A DNA stretch of 63,313 nt, the filler included, from Octopus bimaculoides (Eukaryota), in the NCBI RefSeq assembly GCF_001194135.2. It is 4 parts of 4 records of this genome, joined end to end, with 100 filler letters (N's around TTAATTAATTAA, not from the genome) between each part and the next. Parts side by side here need not be neighbours in the genome. Positions count along the whole stretch, not along the records: positions 25,222 to 49,967 come from NC_068981.1; 3 more parts are not named here. One strand, 5' to 3'. How positions within the stretch are numbered: position 1 is the stretch's first letter; each line of letters opens with the position of its first letter. The notes beneath the pieces were generated by a model. The model was not told the origin of the DNA. It was given only the letters and a program-made list of their open reading frames with translations, and made no database searches. The translations under genes and the position numbers were made by a program. This document shows, one piece after another, positions 37,700 to 49,843 of the stretch.

Positions 37700-38510
37700 T
37701 AGGAAGGAACGCTCCCTTTTTCTTTTTAATTCAGAATAAATTTTGACCGGCCACCTACTTGGCAGCAAGGTTGTGAAAGAAAGCATCTTGTTTTAACCAG
37801 CATCCTTTGAATCTTTAGAAGGTCTTGCAAATTTTTTATGGTCCCAAATATCGTTATCATCTGTACCGTATGAATTAAGGACTTGCATTCTCTCCCTAAG
37901 ATTCTAAGTTCAGCCATAATTTGCTCCAGATGAATTGGTATGTATCCTTATGCTCCAATAATAATAGATATGAAACTGAAAGTTAGCTTGGGTACTGTAT
38001 TTTCAAACTCCTTATTAATAATGGTCCATATATATCCTCTTTCTTTTATATTTCCGCCCCACCCACATTCGTATCAAAAGGGCAGCTGACTTCCACAACA
38101 GATCATGTTATTTCTTTGTGGTCCCACACAACAATATCTGGCTGGTTGTGTTTTAACCTGGTGGCTATTTTAACTTTTAAGTTCCACCAATATTCTTTTC
38201 ACCCATCGGTCTTAATATGGTCAACTTCGACTGTAGGTGTTTTTTTCTTTCCCTTTTTTTCTCTATTCTGACCACCGCATCATGCTTGGTTGGAAGATTA
38301 TATCTGGAAGACACTCTCTGATAGTTGGCAATAATATAATTGATAACTTTAATCTTGGTTTTGCACAAGGTATTCTAGGTAATGTGCTTGTTGTAAGCTT
38401 AGAGTTCTGATAACCATATTCTCTTTACTCTTCTGGGGTACTTCCCTTATTTATGGGTCCATCGTATCTGACATTTTCCTCCTGTCCAAGATACCTATAA
38501 TTGTCGTCTG
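37700..38510 (-). mobile_element. R4/Dong-like non-LTR retrotransposon RT fragment (related piece at 35870-36240)
   Basis: The degenerate minus-strand reading includes [19 protein letters not shown]. 37700-38060 is homologous to 35870-36240. Confidence 0.6.
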
Positions 38511-38592
38511 CCTGTAGATTTTGTATTGTCAAAGTTGTATTGGATGGATGGATGGATGGATGGATGGATGGATGGATGGATGTAGTTCATAC

Positions 38593-38733
38593 CTGGTATC
38601 TCCAGCTCCAAATTCTTTGACCCCTCGGCCTCTAAATTCTCTGACTCCTCGGTCTCTAAATTCTCCGACTCCTCGGCCTCTAAATTTTCTGTTTCTTCCT
38701 CGGCCTCCAAATTCTCTGTCTCCTTCTCGAATT
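38593..38733 (-). CDS. Expanded acidic repeat exon (141 nt): (E)FEKETENLEAEEETENLEAEESENLETEESENLEAEGSKNLELEIP
   Basis: attcctctag|AA...CCAG|gtatga. Contains internal 24-27 nt repeats with the frame kept. Confidence 0.82.
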
Positions 38734-39116
38734 CTAGAGGAATAGAATAGAGGAAAATTATAAATCAAAGTTATTTATATTAAATATAAGTTTTTTATGC
38801 TATCCACGCTCATACAAGCATTAGACGTATAGGTCAGTAGAATAATAAAAACTTGACTGAGAGACAAATTCATACACCTTTTGTTGATGGTATCCGAATT
38901 CAAGCATTGAAGTTTTACATTTTAACAATTAAACCACCTGTTTCTTCTCAGCTGTATAAAGCTACATATACGTACGCAATCAACTATTACACATATTTAT
39001 GCATAATATTTACCAGGCTATACACATGCATACTTTTAAACACTTATACATGTTTGTGTATGTGTATTTGACTGTGTGCCCATGGATGTGTGGCGTGTGT
39101 GCATGTGTGTGTGTGT

Positions 39117-39167
<51 letters not shown>

Positions 39168-40714
39168 TATCGGTGCTGTGTATGATGTCATCAGCGAAAC
39201 GGAAATGTGTTAGTTGCTCATCGTTCATGTTCAAAAACCTGTCCAGTCGATGTTTCTGATGACCATTACTTGACATAGCCTATAGAGCTTTGGCGAGATG
39301 GTACTCCTTGTTTGATGCTCTTTCCAATTAGGACTCTTACTGCTGGCGACAGCATCACTACACAAGAGTTCGTATCCCTGAGAAATTTACTGAATAGCGA
39401 CTCCACATCTTGCATGTCTAACATGACAGTATTGCGTTCATCTCGACGCTATCGTTGACAAAAGCGATGAATAAAAACAGTTTGTATTCTTTCGATCATT
39501 CTATAATCTTCGTTAGAGTGAATATGATTGTAGTTGTTACAGAAATCTGCTTGCTCTTCAGCTACTGATCATTAAAGTGTTTCGATTATCTGGTGATTAT
39601 AATCTTAATAGACGGCCTATTATGGTGACTCGTGAAGCATAAGAGGCGGTAGATTCTTAAAGATTCTTTATCACCCCTTATAAGAAGCAATGTAGTATTT
39701 TATTTTGTTCAGAGTTAGGGTATTTTATCCTCTCACAGATGATACCCGGAATGTTTGAAGTACGTTGCTTCTAGTATGGCATCATACCCAGACTGTTGAA
39801 GTCATTCTTGCTATAATATTTCGCGTTTCCACCCAGATGGAAGCAATAGAGAGACAGCCCATCAGTACAGAGAGACTTTTAAGTGCTGTCAATCAATTTC
39901 ATGAGTGGTGGAGAAATTCAAGGCCACTACTGCAAGAACAGCAAGCGCGTTGCTTCTCTCTGAAGATGAGACAAGGAGAAGTTGTCCTTCCACTCGTTTG
40001 CCGTCTCCAATCTCTTGTCAACACCAAACAACCTTAAAATATAAGATTAAGAGGAAGACCCATGCTGCAAGAAGTGTGGAGCAACTCTTTGCACTGTGGC
40101 AGTGGAAGAGGTTCGAAAATGTAGAGACGGGAAAATTTGTAAAGCTAACAAACAGCTGCTACTATCAAGTTATTAAGGTATGCTGATACCTAAGAGGAAA
40201 ACAATAGGTGACCAACTTTCTATTTTGCTTCCAAGACTAGAATGCACGCATGCCTTGAAAGGTAAACTCGTCTTCAGGGAGGAATTAGTGATAACATTCC
40301 TCCGACCGCCCATGGCAGACTATGAAGCCGTACTTACAGATTTATAGTAGGATACCTTAGAATAGTTAACATTAGTAATTGACTTGAGCTCTTAGGCTAT
40401 TCGGTCACAACAAATATAGTAGCTCTGCTACTACTAAGGTTTTATAATCTGTCCAGGAACATCTCTCTTTGGTATCTCTTACCGAGGAAGGCTAAAAATC
40501 CAGAAAAGCGTCTAGGCGTCCGATTGGAGACAAAGCAGTTGAGATGTTTTCACACCTTTTACCATAAGCGAGAATGTTTTTCTCCATGGTAAAATGCCTT
40601 TAGAAGTTAGAACATACGTGTTAATACGTGAGTGTGCGCGTGTGTGCGCGTGTGTATGTATGGATGCATATATGTACATATGTGTGTTTGTATATATGTA
40701 TATGTAATTCATAC

Positions 40715-40792
40715 CTGGCGTCTCCAGTTCTAAATCCTCCGTCTCCACGGTCTCAGTCTCTAAATCCTCTGGTATCGTATACTCTTCGAATT
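40715..40792 (-). CDS. Acidic repeat exon (78 nt): (E)FEEYTIPEDLETETVETEDLELETP
   Basis: ttcttctag|AA...CCAG|gtatga. Open. Confidence 0.8.
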
Positions 40793-41375
40793 CTAGAAGA
40801 ATGGAAAGAAGACGTTTATAAACAATTTTAATGTTAAATATTTAAAGATTTAAAAAAAAATTTGCTTGGGGCAATGAGTGAAGGTCGTTACGTGACATGA
40901 CAGAGAAACAGCTTTCACAAATTTCCAAATGGACAGACATGGAGTGTTAAAGTTAACAAACAGCAGCTGCCCCACAAGAATTTTATGTTCTGAAAGAAAG
41001 ACGACACCTGAGTCAAAATCAATAGATGATCTGTACTCTATTTTGCATCCAACCTCAGACTAGAAGATGAAAGTCGACTTCAAGGGGAGATTCGTATTCC
41101 GAAATGGTTTAATATTAATAACATTCCAACTATACATGTTTTTGCTCTCTCATGGTTGAGCTTACAACGATCATCGTGTTTGAACTTACCTGGGTAGACA
41201 GTATATTTCTCGAGAATTCTTTGCATGGGGCAAAACATCTCCAATTTTAACTTCACCTGTATATATAGGGCCGTGTATGCGTGTGTCTCTCTATGTGTGT
41301 GTATGTGTGTGTCAGTCTTTGTACATGCATATATTTAGGTATATACGTGTGTATGTATGTATATGTAATTCATAC

Positions 41376-41453
41376 CCTGTGTCCCCAGCTCTAAATTCTC
41401 CATCTCTTCGGTCTCAGATTCTAACTCCTTTGGTATCGTATTGTCATCCAATT
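41376..41453 (-). pseudogene. Acidic repeat pseudo-exon (78 nt): LDDNTIPKELESETEEMENLELGTQ
   Basis: The acceptor is catttctttgg instead of ...tag. The donor gtatga is intact and the frame is open. Confidence 0.7.
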
Positions 41454-41760
41454 CCAAAGAAATGGAAAAGAAGAAAATTTTTTCATACATATCAATATTA
41501 GATGTTTAAAGTTTTCTATGTTATTTGAGACTCTGTACAATAACTATTGATAATCATAGCATTTGACAAACGGATTTTAAAATCTCTAATGAGCATGAAA
41601 CTATTTATGAACAAGTACTTTGAAATCCTCAGCATTTTCACTAGATAAAATCACATATTTACAAAAAATTATTGCAACACTTGGATATATAAGAGAATAC
41701 TTCAGTGGCGTTCTTAAGAGTCAGGATTTTATTGCAAACAATGTGATCACGTTACATATA

Positions 41761-41977
41761 CGAGGGGGTGCTGAAAATTTCTTGGCTTTGGATATAAGAA
41801 AATATAGGCGGATCAGTTAATTATAACTTTATCCAAAATACTCTCCTCTCAGATTCATACATTTATTGCAGCGGTCCTTCAGTTATTCTAAGTCCTGTAA
41901 AAGAATTCGGAAGGTTGGGCTTCTAACAAGGCCTTTCGCGATACCTCTAAAACCAAGGACTTTTCAGCACCCCCTTG
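41761..41977. mobile_element. Mariner-type MITE
   Basis: TIRs CGAGGGGGTGCTGAAAA / TTTTCAGCACCCCCTTG with TA flanks. Inserted within an intron unit of the array. Confidence 0.85.
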
Positions 41978-42272
41978 TAAGCACATCAAAAGAATAACAA
42001 AGACTTTACTGAGAAATAAATTCATAGACATCTCATTGACGGTATCGAAATTCAAGCATTACAATTTTGTTTTAAAAATTAGACAAGCAGCTTCTTCTCA
42101 TTTGTAAATAGGTACATACTCGTATGCAATCAACGATTACACATATTTATGTATAAGTACTGACATGACTACATACATCCATACTTTTAAACATCTATAT
42201 ATATTTGTGTTTATTTTTCTCTGTACCTCTGTGTGTGGTGATGAGGGTGGTGGTGGTGGTGGTGGTGGTGGT

Positions 42273-42343
<71 letters not shown>

Positions 42344-42379
42344 ATGTCTCTGTAGGGGTTTCGGCGATGAGTACGATGT

Positions 42380-42960
42380 TATCTCTGAATTGGAAGCATT
42401 CTTAGAAGCGACTCTACACATTTTACTTCCACAGATTTCAGTACTGAGTTCATCTCGACGCTATCGAAGACTTTTTCGTAGACGTCAAAAGCGATGCACC
42501 AATGCAGCATGTATGCTTTCGCTCGTTCTATAATTTTTACTGGCGTGAATATGTGATCCATTGTATTATAGTTCTTAAAGACAACTACTTATTGTTATTT
42601 CGACTGATGGTCATCGAAGTGTTTCGATAATCTGGTGAATATAACTTTGTAAACAGATTACAGAGTTGAGACAAGAGGTTTATAGGGCGATAGTTTCTTA
42701 AATATTCGTTATCACCCTTCTTATTAGGTGAGATGCCATTCGACTCTTTCCACAGCGAGCGTATATTGCCCTCTTTCAAACTGCAATTGAAGCGCAGTAC
42801 AAGGATTTTCCTCGGGTCTTCCCCTCTACACATTAACATCTTTGTTGTTATGCCACTTTTTCCTGGAGATTTGTCTCCTTTCATCATTTTAAAGGTATTT
42901 TCAATTTTTATTATCAAAATAGGTGCCACTTTTTCCAACATGGTGCAGGATTGTGCTTCA
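42380..42960 (-). mobile_element. RTE-like LINE RT relic carried in the array intron units (related copies near 37090-37450, 39170-39700, 44100-44500, 46660-47040)
   Basis: Reads KMMKGDKSPGKSGI..KGDNEYLRNYRPINLLS and ..FDVYEKVFDSV. Confidence 0.8.
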
Positions 42961-43088
42961 CTGAAGATGTAAGATTTGTACACCCAGACCATATGTGAAT
43001 ATGTGAGAGTCCTCGTGTGTATTTATGCATCCATGCGTATATGTAACTGAAAGATTCATATATATATATATATATATATAATTCATAC

Positions 43089-43151
43089 CTGGTATCTCCG
43101 GCTCTAAATTCTCCGTCAACTCGGTCTCAGACTCTAAGTCTTCTTCCAATT
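43089..43151 (-). CDS. Short acidic repeat exon (63 nt): (E)LEEDLESETELTENLEPEIP
   Basis: attcctctag|AA...CCAG|gtatga. In-frame 15-nt deletion relative to the 78-nt type. Confidence 0.78.
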
Positions 43152-43566
43152 CTAGAGGAATGGAAACAAAGAAACATTTTATATAAAATTTTAATATTAG
43201 ATATTTACAGTTTTTTAATGCTTTTTGAATATTTTGAGACAATACGAAAACTAGTAGATATCAGAATATTTATGAACAGGTATTTCGTGATTTACTCTTC
43301 AGATATTTACAAATAGATATTGCAACTCTTGGTTATATTTGTAGATATGTCATTAACGTTCATGAAAGTCTAGGGTCTTCCTGTATACAAAGAGGTCCTG
43401 TAACATATACTTTACAAGTAGATACATGTTTCTGTATACTTATATATATATAATTCATAGCTGGTGTCTCCGTGTAAGCTTCCGTGCTTGTGTAAGTTTG
43501 AGCGGTCACGTGTATGTATGCATCCATGAATATATGTATCTGTATATATGTATATGTAATTCATAC

Positions 43567-43629
43567 CTGGTGTCTCCAGCTCTAAATTTTCCGTCTCCTC
43601 GGTCTCAGGCTCTATGTCCTCTTCTAATT
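43567..43629 (-). CDS. Short acidic repeat exon (63 nt): (E)LEEDIEPETEETENLELETP
   Basis: cattccgctag|AA...CCAG|gtatga. Open. Confidence 0.78.
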
Positions 43630-45914
43630 CTAGCGGAATGGAAACGAGGGCTCATTTTATATAAAATTTTAATATTAAATATTTAAAGATTTTTATATTT
43701 TTCTATATTTGTGACGCTATACATAAACCATTCACAATCATTCAAAGCATTTGACATGTTTAAACATCTCTTCAGAACGAGTAAATATCAGAATGTTTAT
43801 AAACAAGTACTTTTTAACCTGATAAAATCTTCACATATTTACACTTGTTGCAACAGTTGTTCATGTTATTGAATACTTCATTGACGGTGTTGTGGGGTTT
43901 TCCTGGAAGCAAAGTGATTACAAATACAAGTTGAAAGCAGATCAGTAAAATAAGGACTTTACTGAGAGTCAAATTCACAGACATCTCGTTGATGGAATCC
44001 AAATTCAAGCATTGCAGTTTTATGTTTTAACAATTAAACAACCAGCCTCTTCAGTGATAAAATCACAAATATTTAGAAACACAGAACATGCATACATGTA
44101 TGCACTCAACCATTACACATGTTTATGTGATCCATCGTATTGTAGTTCACATGGAAACTTATTTGCTTCCTAGGCTGCTAGACATCGAAATGTTTCGATA
44201 ATCTGGTGAATATCACTTTGTAAACTTCTTCTAGAGTTGAGACAAGTGATATATTGAACGGTAGTTTCTTGAATATTCATTATCACCATCTTATTAAGCA
44301 AGATGGCATTAAACTCTTTCCACAGCCAGGGTATTTTGCTCTCTTTCAGACAGCGATTAAAGAGTAGGAGGCGGATTTTCCTCAGCTCTTCACCTCCTCT
44401 CCTTAACATCTTTGCTATGCCACCATCAGGAGGGTATTTTCAATTTCACTTATCAGAATAAATGACACTTCTTACATTTGTACTACAGTACAACGAACGG
44501 TTTTGCTATAGAATAGTGAAATTATGATTTCGTTTTCTGAAAAGGCAACATTTTGGACTTACGACACTTTTGCATAATAGCAACGATATATACACATAGA
44601 CACACACATACGCGCACACGCACACACACACGCACACACACGCACACACACGCACACACACACGCACACATATGCTGAATATACCAACAGCCAACTAGAC
44701 TACAGGCTGAATGCAGTTGATAAAATTTAGCTACTCGAAATGTTGCTTCCAATATGGCATCATAACCAGACTGCAGTGGCCATTTTCGAAATACTATTTG
44801 GCATGATGCGGGTGGAGGCAATGAGGAGACAGTCCATCTGAAACTCAAGATATCTAAGCTTCGCCGACTAATTTCATCAGTGCTGAAAGAATTCAAGGCC
44901 ACGAAGGCAAAAGCAATCAACACATTGCTTCTCTGTGAAGGTGAGGAAGTCAGGTATGACAAGATTATAAAATGTTGTAGAATGTGGAATTTCTAGGAAA
45001 TTGTAAAGAAAACGGAATCATATGGGAAATGTCAGGAAATTTTTGGAGTAGTCTGACTGGGAAGGCTACATCTTGAACACTATAGTACCAAGAGGTGGAA
45101 ATACACCAATGCCAGTGGCAAGAGAGCCATCATGATACAAAGGATCCGTAATCCCACAAGAGGCAATGGATACGGTGGGTCTAAGCACTCGAACGCCCGC
45201 TGTCTTAGAGGATACTCTGGAATACTGACCAGGGAAAATTCTCTTTCCATTCGTGTACTTTTACTAACTTCTTACCATCAATAAACACTTGCACTGGGGA
45301 AGCAGGAGAGGTGGTTACGTGACGTGACAGGACAAGCTGCTTTCACAAATTTTCAAATGGACAAACGTGAGTTGTGTTAAAGCAGCCACAACACGAGTTT
45401 CATGTTCTGGAAGAAAGACGAAACCTAAGTTAAAATCAATAGATGACTTGCAGTCTATTTTCCATCCAACCTCAAACTGGAAGATGAAAGTTGACTAGAA
45501 AAGGAGGCTCGTCTTTCTAAATGGTTTAGTATTAACAACACTCCGACCACACATTTCTGCTCTTTAAGAATGCGATACATTCATCATGGTTGAGTTTACA
45601 GCGCCCTGGGTGGACAGCATATTTCTCCCCCAAAACTTTTCACGGGGAAAAGCATCTCCAATTCTTATTTCCCCTATACATATATATAAATATGCACTTG
45701 TAACCTACATACATACACAAAACATATATGCGTGTATGTATATACGTGTGTACGTATGTATATGTAATTTAGACCCGTTGACTCTAGCTCTAAATTCTAC
45801 CTCTCCTTATATCATATATATATATATATATCTGTGTGAGTGTGTGTACATGTGTGCGTTTGCATCTGTGAATGTGTATATGCATATGTGTGCGCGTGTG
45901 TGTATAATTCATAC

Positions 45915-45992
45915 CTGGTGTCTCCAGCTCTAAATCCTCTGAATCCTCGGCCTCAGACTCTAACTCCTCTGGTATCGTATCCTCCTCGAATT
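45915..45992 (-). CDS. Acidic repeat exon (78 nt): (E)FEEDTIPEELESEAEDSEDLELETP
   Basis: catttctctag|AA...CCAG|gtatga. Differs from 36352-36429 by one base (E versus G). Confidence 0.82.
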
Positions 45993-47513
45993 CTAGAGAA
46001 ATGGAAAGGCGGATAGTTTTTACATAAAATTTTAATATTGAATATTTAAAGTTTTTTATCCTATTTGAGACTGTATACAGCATACATTCACGATCATACA
46101 AAACACCTAACATACAGATTTATGTGTGTACGTGTGTGTATGTGTATGTNNNNNNNNNNNNNNNNNNNNNNNNNNNNNNNNNNNNNNNNNNNNNNNNNNN
46201 NNNNNNNNNNNNNNNNNNNNNNNNNNNNNNNNNNNNNNNNNNNNNNNNNNNNNNNNNNNNNNNNNNNNNNNNNNNNNNNNNNNNNNNNNNNNNNNNNNNN
46301 NNNNNNNNNNNNNNNNNNNNNNNNNNNNNNNNNNNNNNNNNNNNNNNNNNNNNNNNNNNNNNNNNNNNNNNNNNNNNNNNNNNNNNNNNNNNNNNNNNNN
46401 NNNNNNNNNNNNNNNNNNNNNNNNNNNNNNNNNNNNNNNNNNNNNNNNNNNNNNNNNNNNNNNNNNNNNNNNNNNNNNNNNNNNNNNNNNNNNNNNNNNN
46501 NNNNNNNNNNNNNTGCAACACTTGGTTGTATTAGTGAATACTTCATTTGTGGTGTTAAGTTTCAAGATTTTATCACAAAGTGATCACGTAATATACACCT
46601 TACAAATGCAAACCGAAAACAGATCAGTAAAATAGTAAAGACTTTACTGAAAGTGAAATTCATAGAAGAAAGATGGCATTCGAGGCTTTTCACAGCGAAG
46701 GTATTTTACCCTCTTTCACACAGCGATTGAAGTGCAGAACGAGCCATTCACTCTGCTCTTACTCTCTGCACATTAACATCCTTATTATTATGCCATCTTT
46801 TCCGGTAGCTTTGTGTCCATTCATCATGAAGGTTTTACTGTTTTTTTTTGTTTGTTTGTTTTTATTTCCCTTATCAGAATAGGTGCTACTTCTTCCATAA
46901 TTTTCAACGGTGAAAGGTCATGCTTTACTAAAATTTTAGAAAGTTTGGACGTGCATAGATCAGCAGTGGGCCTACACTGAATTACATTAAAATAAAATTC
47001 ATGCCGTCGGAGAACACAGAATAAATGCGAATAATAGTGGGAAGCGATGAAATCGAGGATGTAACAGATTACTTCTTAGGGCACACAGTGAATATATGCC
47101 AAGACTTGGATGCTGAAATCTTGAAGAGAGTAAGTGCATATATATATACATACATATATGCTGAATATGCGAACTTAAATAAAGGTGATGGCAGTTGATA
47201 AAAGCCAGCCGCTCGGAATGTTCAAGATAGGTTTCTTCTGCTCTGGCATCGTACCCAGCCCGCAGTAGTCATTTTTGCAGTAGCATCTTACTATATCACG
47301 GGTAGAGGAAAGGGAGAGACTTGTATCTTGATATTTAGCCTTCCTGAGTACCAAAGAAAGATAACTCATGACAGATTGTATAGCCGTACTAACGGCTTTA
47401 GATGTTAAAATATACGTGTGATTTGGAGTGGGTGTGCGCCTATGTAATAGTGTATAATAGTGCGCCTATGTAATATTGTGTAATAGTGCGTCTATATAAT
47501 AGTGATTGTGCGC

Positions 47514-47591
47514 CTGGTGTCGCCAGCTCTAAATTCTCCGTCTCCTCAGCATCAGACTCTAACTCCTCTGGTATCGTATCCTCTTCGAATT
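47514..47591 (-). pseudogene. Acidic repeat exon with a non-canonical donor (78 nt): (E)FEEDTIPEELESDAEETENLELATP
   Basis: The acceptor is intact but the donor reads CCAG|gcgcac. The usual gtatgaat is replaced by a 26-bp-period repeat tract (47436-47513). Confidence 0.65.
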
Positions 47592-48739
47592 CTAGAGAAA
47601 TGAAATAAAGGAAACTTTTATATAAAATTTTAATATTTGTTTGAAAGTTTTGTAGAAAGTTAACAATTACGTGTAAGGGAATGAGTCGATTACATCGATC
47701 CCAGTCTTCAACTCGTTCTTATTTTATCGACTCTGAAAAGATGAAAGGCAAAGTCGACCTCGGCAGAATTTGAACTTATAAAGTAAAGAACGGGCGGAAT
47801 AACTTTAAGCATTTTACTCGGTGTAGTTCTTCAGAACTAGAAACTATCAGATGTTTATGAACAAGTACTTTTCAAACCTGTAAATTTGTTTTCCATACTT
47901 ACATATAGCTATTGCAACACTTGAACATGTTAGTGAATAATTCACTGGTGGTTTTGACAGTGTGGGATTTTCTTGGAAACAAAGTAGTTACAAATACAAG
48001 CAGATCAATAAAATCATAAGGGCTCTACTGAGAGTCAAATTCATAAACATGGATTCAACGTAACCAAAAGGTGGTAATACACTCATTCCAGACGAATATG
48101 AGAACCCAAAGTGCTAGGGAACCGCGGTTGAGCAGAAAAGTCACTTTGTGTGAAGACGGTAAGATTTGCATATCAGATACATTTAATACGGTGGGATTAG
48201 GCACTCGAGCTTCCGCTGGCCTGGTTGAAACTCAGGAATACTGATCATGGAAACTTGCCCTTCCACCCGTGAGCTGTTGCTAAGCAATTGGCACTATTAA
48301 ACAAACTAAAAATGTAGAGCAAAGAGGAAGATCCATCCTGCAAGAAATGTCGAGCATCTCTTTGCACTGAGACAAAGGTAAGGGGTCGATGCGTGATGTG
48401 GTACGAGAAGGTACTTTCAAAAACTTCCAAATGGACTAACGTGAAAAGTGTTAAAGCTACCAAAGACTTGGATTTATATGTTGTGTATGTATGTATAAAA
48501 GCATGTATGTACGTATGTATGCATGTATATATGTATGTCATTATTCAGTTTTATTTCAAGATTTCTTGAGAAAGATCCGGTTTTTAAACTAGATCCAAGG
48601 CTCCTTCATTGGAATTTCAACATCAGCAGGGTATTTTTGTATGTATGTATGTATGTATGTATGTATGTATGTATACGTGCAGATTTGTTTTGCTTTATGT
48701 ACGTATTCTTATGCATATACTTGCATATCTAGAAATGCT

Positions 48740-49495
48740 GATATATACTTAAATGATAAACTTCTGAAAAGTTTTACAGATTTTTACAGTTCCTGCCATG
48801 GCTTGGATCTGTAGTCTTCGAATTAGCTTTCTCTTTTCTGCTTTTGTGAAGCCTAATTTCTCAAGGTTGGTATTTAGGCAGTGTGTTACGTATCCCAGTG
48901 ACCCAATAATCACAGGTATAAACCAGAACTTGTAATCTGGGTAGAGTAACTGAAGATTCCTCAGTAGTTCAGCGTAGGTATTCTCTTTTCACTGATCTTT
49001 TGCTTGGTGTTAACATCTGTTAATATCCGTTGGGCAGCTAATTTCCACAACTACGCACAGTTTCTCTCCTCTATCCCAAGTCATTATATCAGGTCTATTG
49101 TGTTTGCATTTTATTGAGGTCTTCACTGGGACATTCCACTTGTACTCCTTTTTTATCATGAGTGGATTTAGCCTCTACCATGTCATGGGTTCTTCTTTCT
49201 TAGTTCTCGAGGTTAACCTTTCGACGGATCTCATTATACAGTGTCCTAGCTACAACTTCATGTCTCATCGGTAGATAATACCGTGATAACATTTTCGGAC
49301 AACTGCTTACGGTGTGAGTGATATCTTCAGTGTTAACTCCACAAAGTCTGCATCGGTTGCCACGTTTTGCTGCATTTCCTGCATCCTTGTCCTTTTTGTG
49401 CATCAGATATTTGGTTCATACTTCCTGTTCCTGGATTGCAAACGCATACCCTTCAGAGTAGTAATTTGGCTGTAATGAACCTTCATTCTGGCAGA
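48740..49495 (-). mobile_element. R4/Dong-clade non-LTR retrotransposon C-terminus (zinc knuckle plus restriction-like endonuclease)
   Basis: Reads CRLCG...HxVSSCP...RH, KHNRPDI..VVEISCP, PVIIGSLG and GTVKICKTF. 3'-end relics of this family also lie near 55930-56240 and 59180-59400. Confidence 0.85.
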
Positions 49496-49801
49496 TTACC
49501 TATGTATGTATGTATGTATCTATCTATCTCACAAAATGTATAAATAAATATACATTTATTGACATACATACATACTTACACTCAACACATACCTGTATAT
49601 GGGTGTGCGCGCGCGTGTATGTGTCTGTATGTCTGCATCCATGCATATATGTAGGTATATATGTATGCATGTATATGTAAATCATGCCTGGTTTATCCAT
49701 GCATGCGTGCGTGCATGTGTCAGTATGTGAAAGTGCCCGTGTGTAGATATGCATGCATATATATGTGAGTGTGCGCGCGCGCGCGTATGTATGTATGTAT
49801 G

Positions 49802-49843
<42 letters not shown>

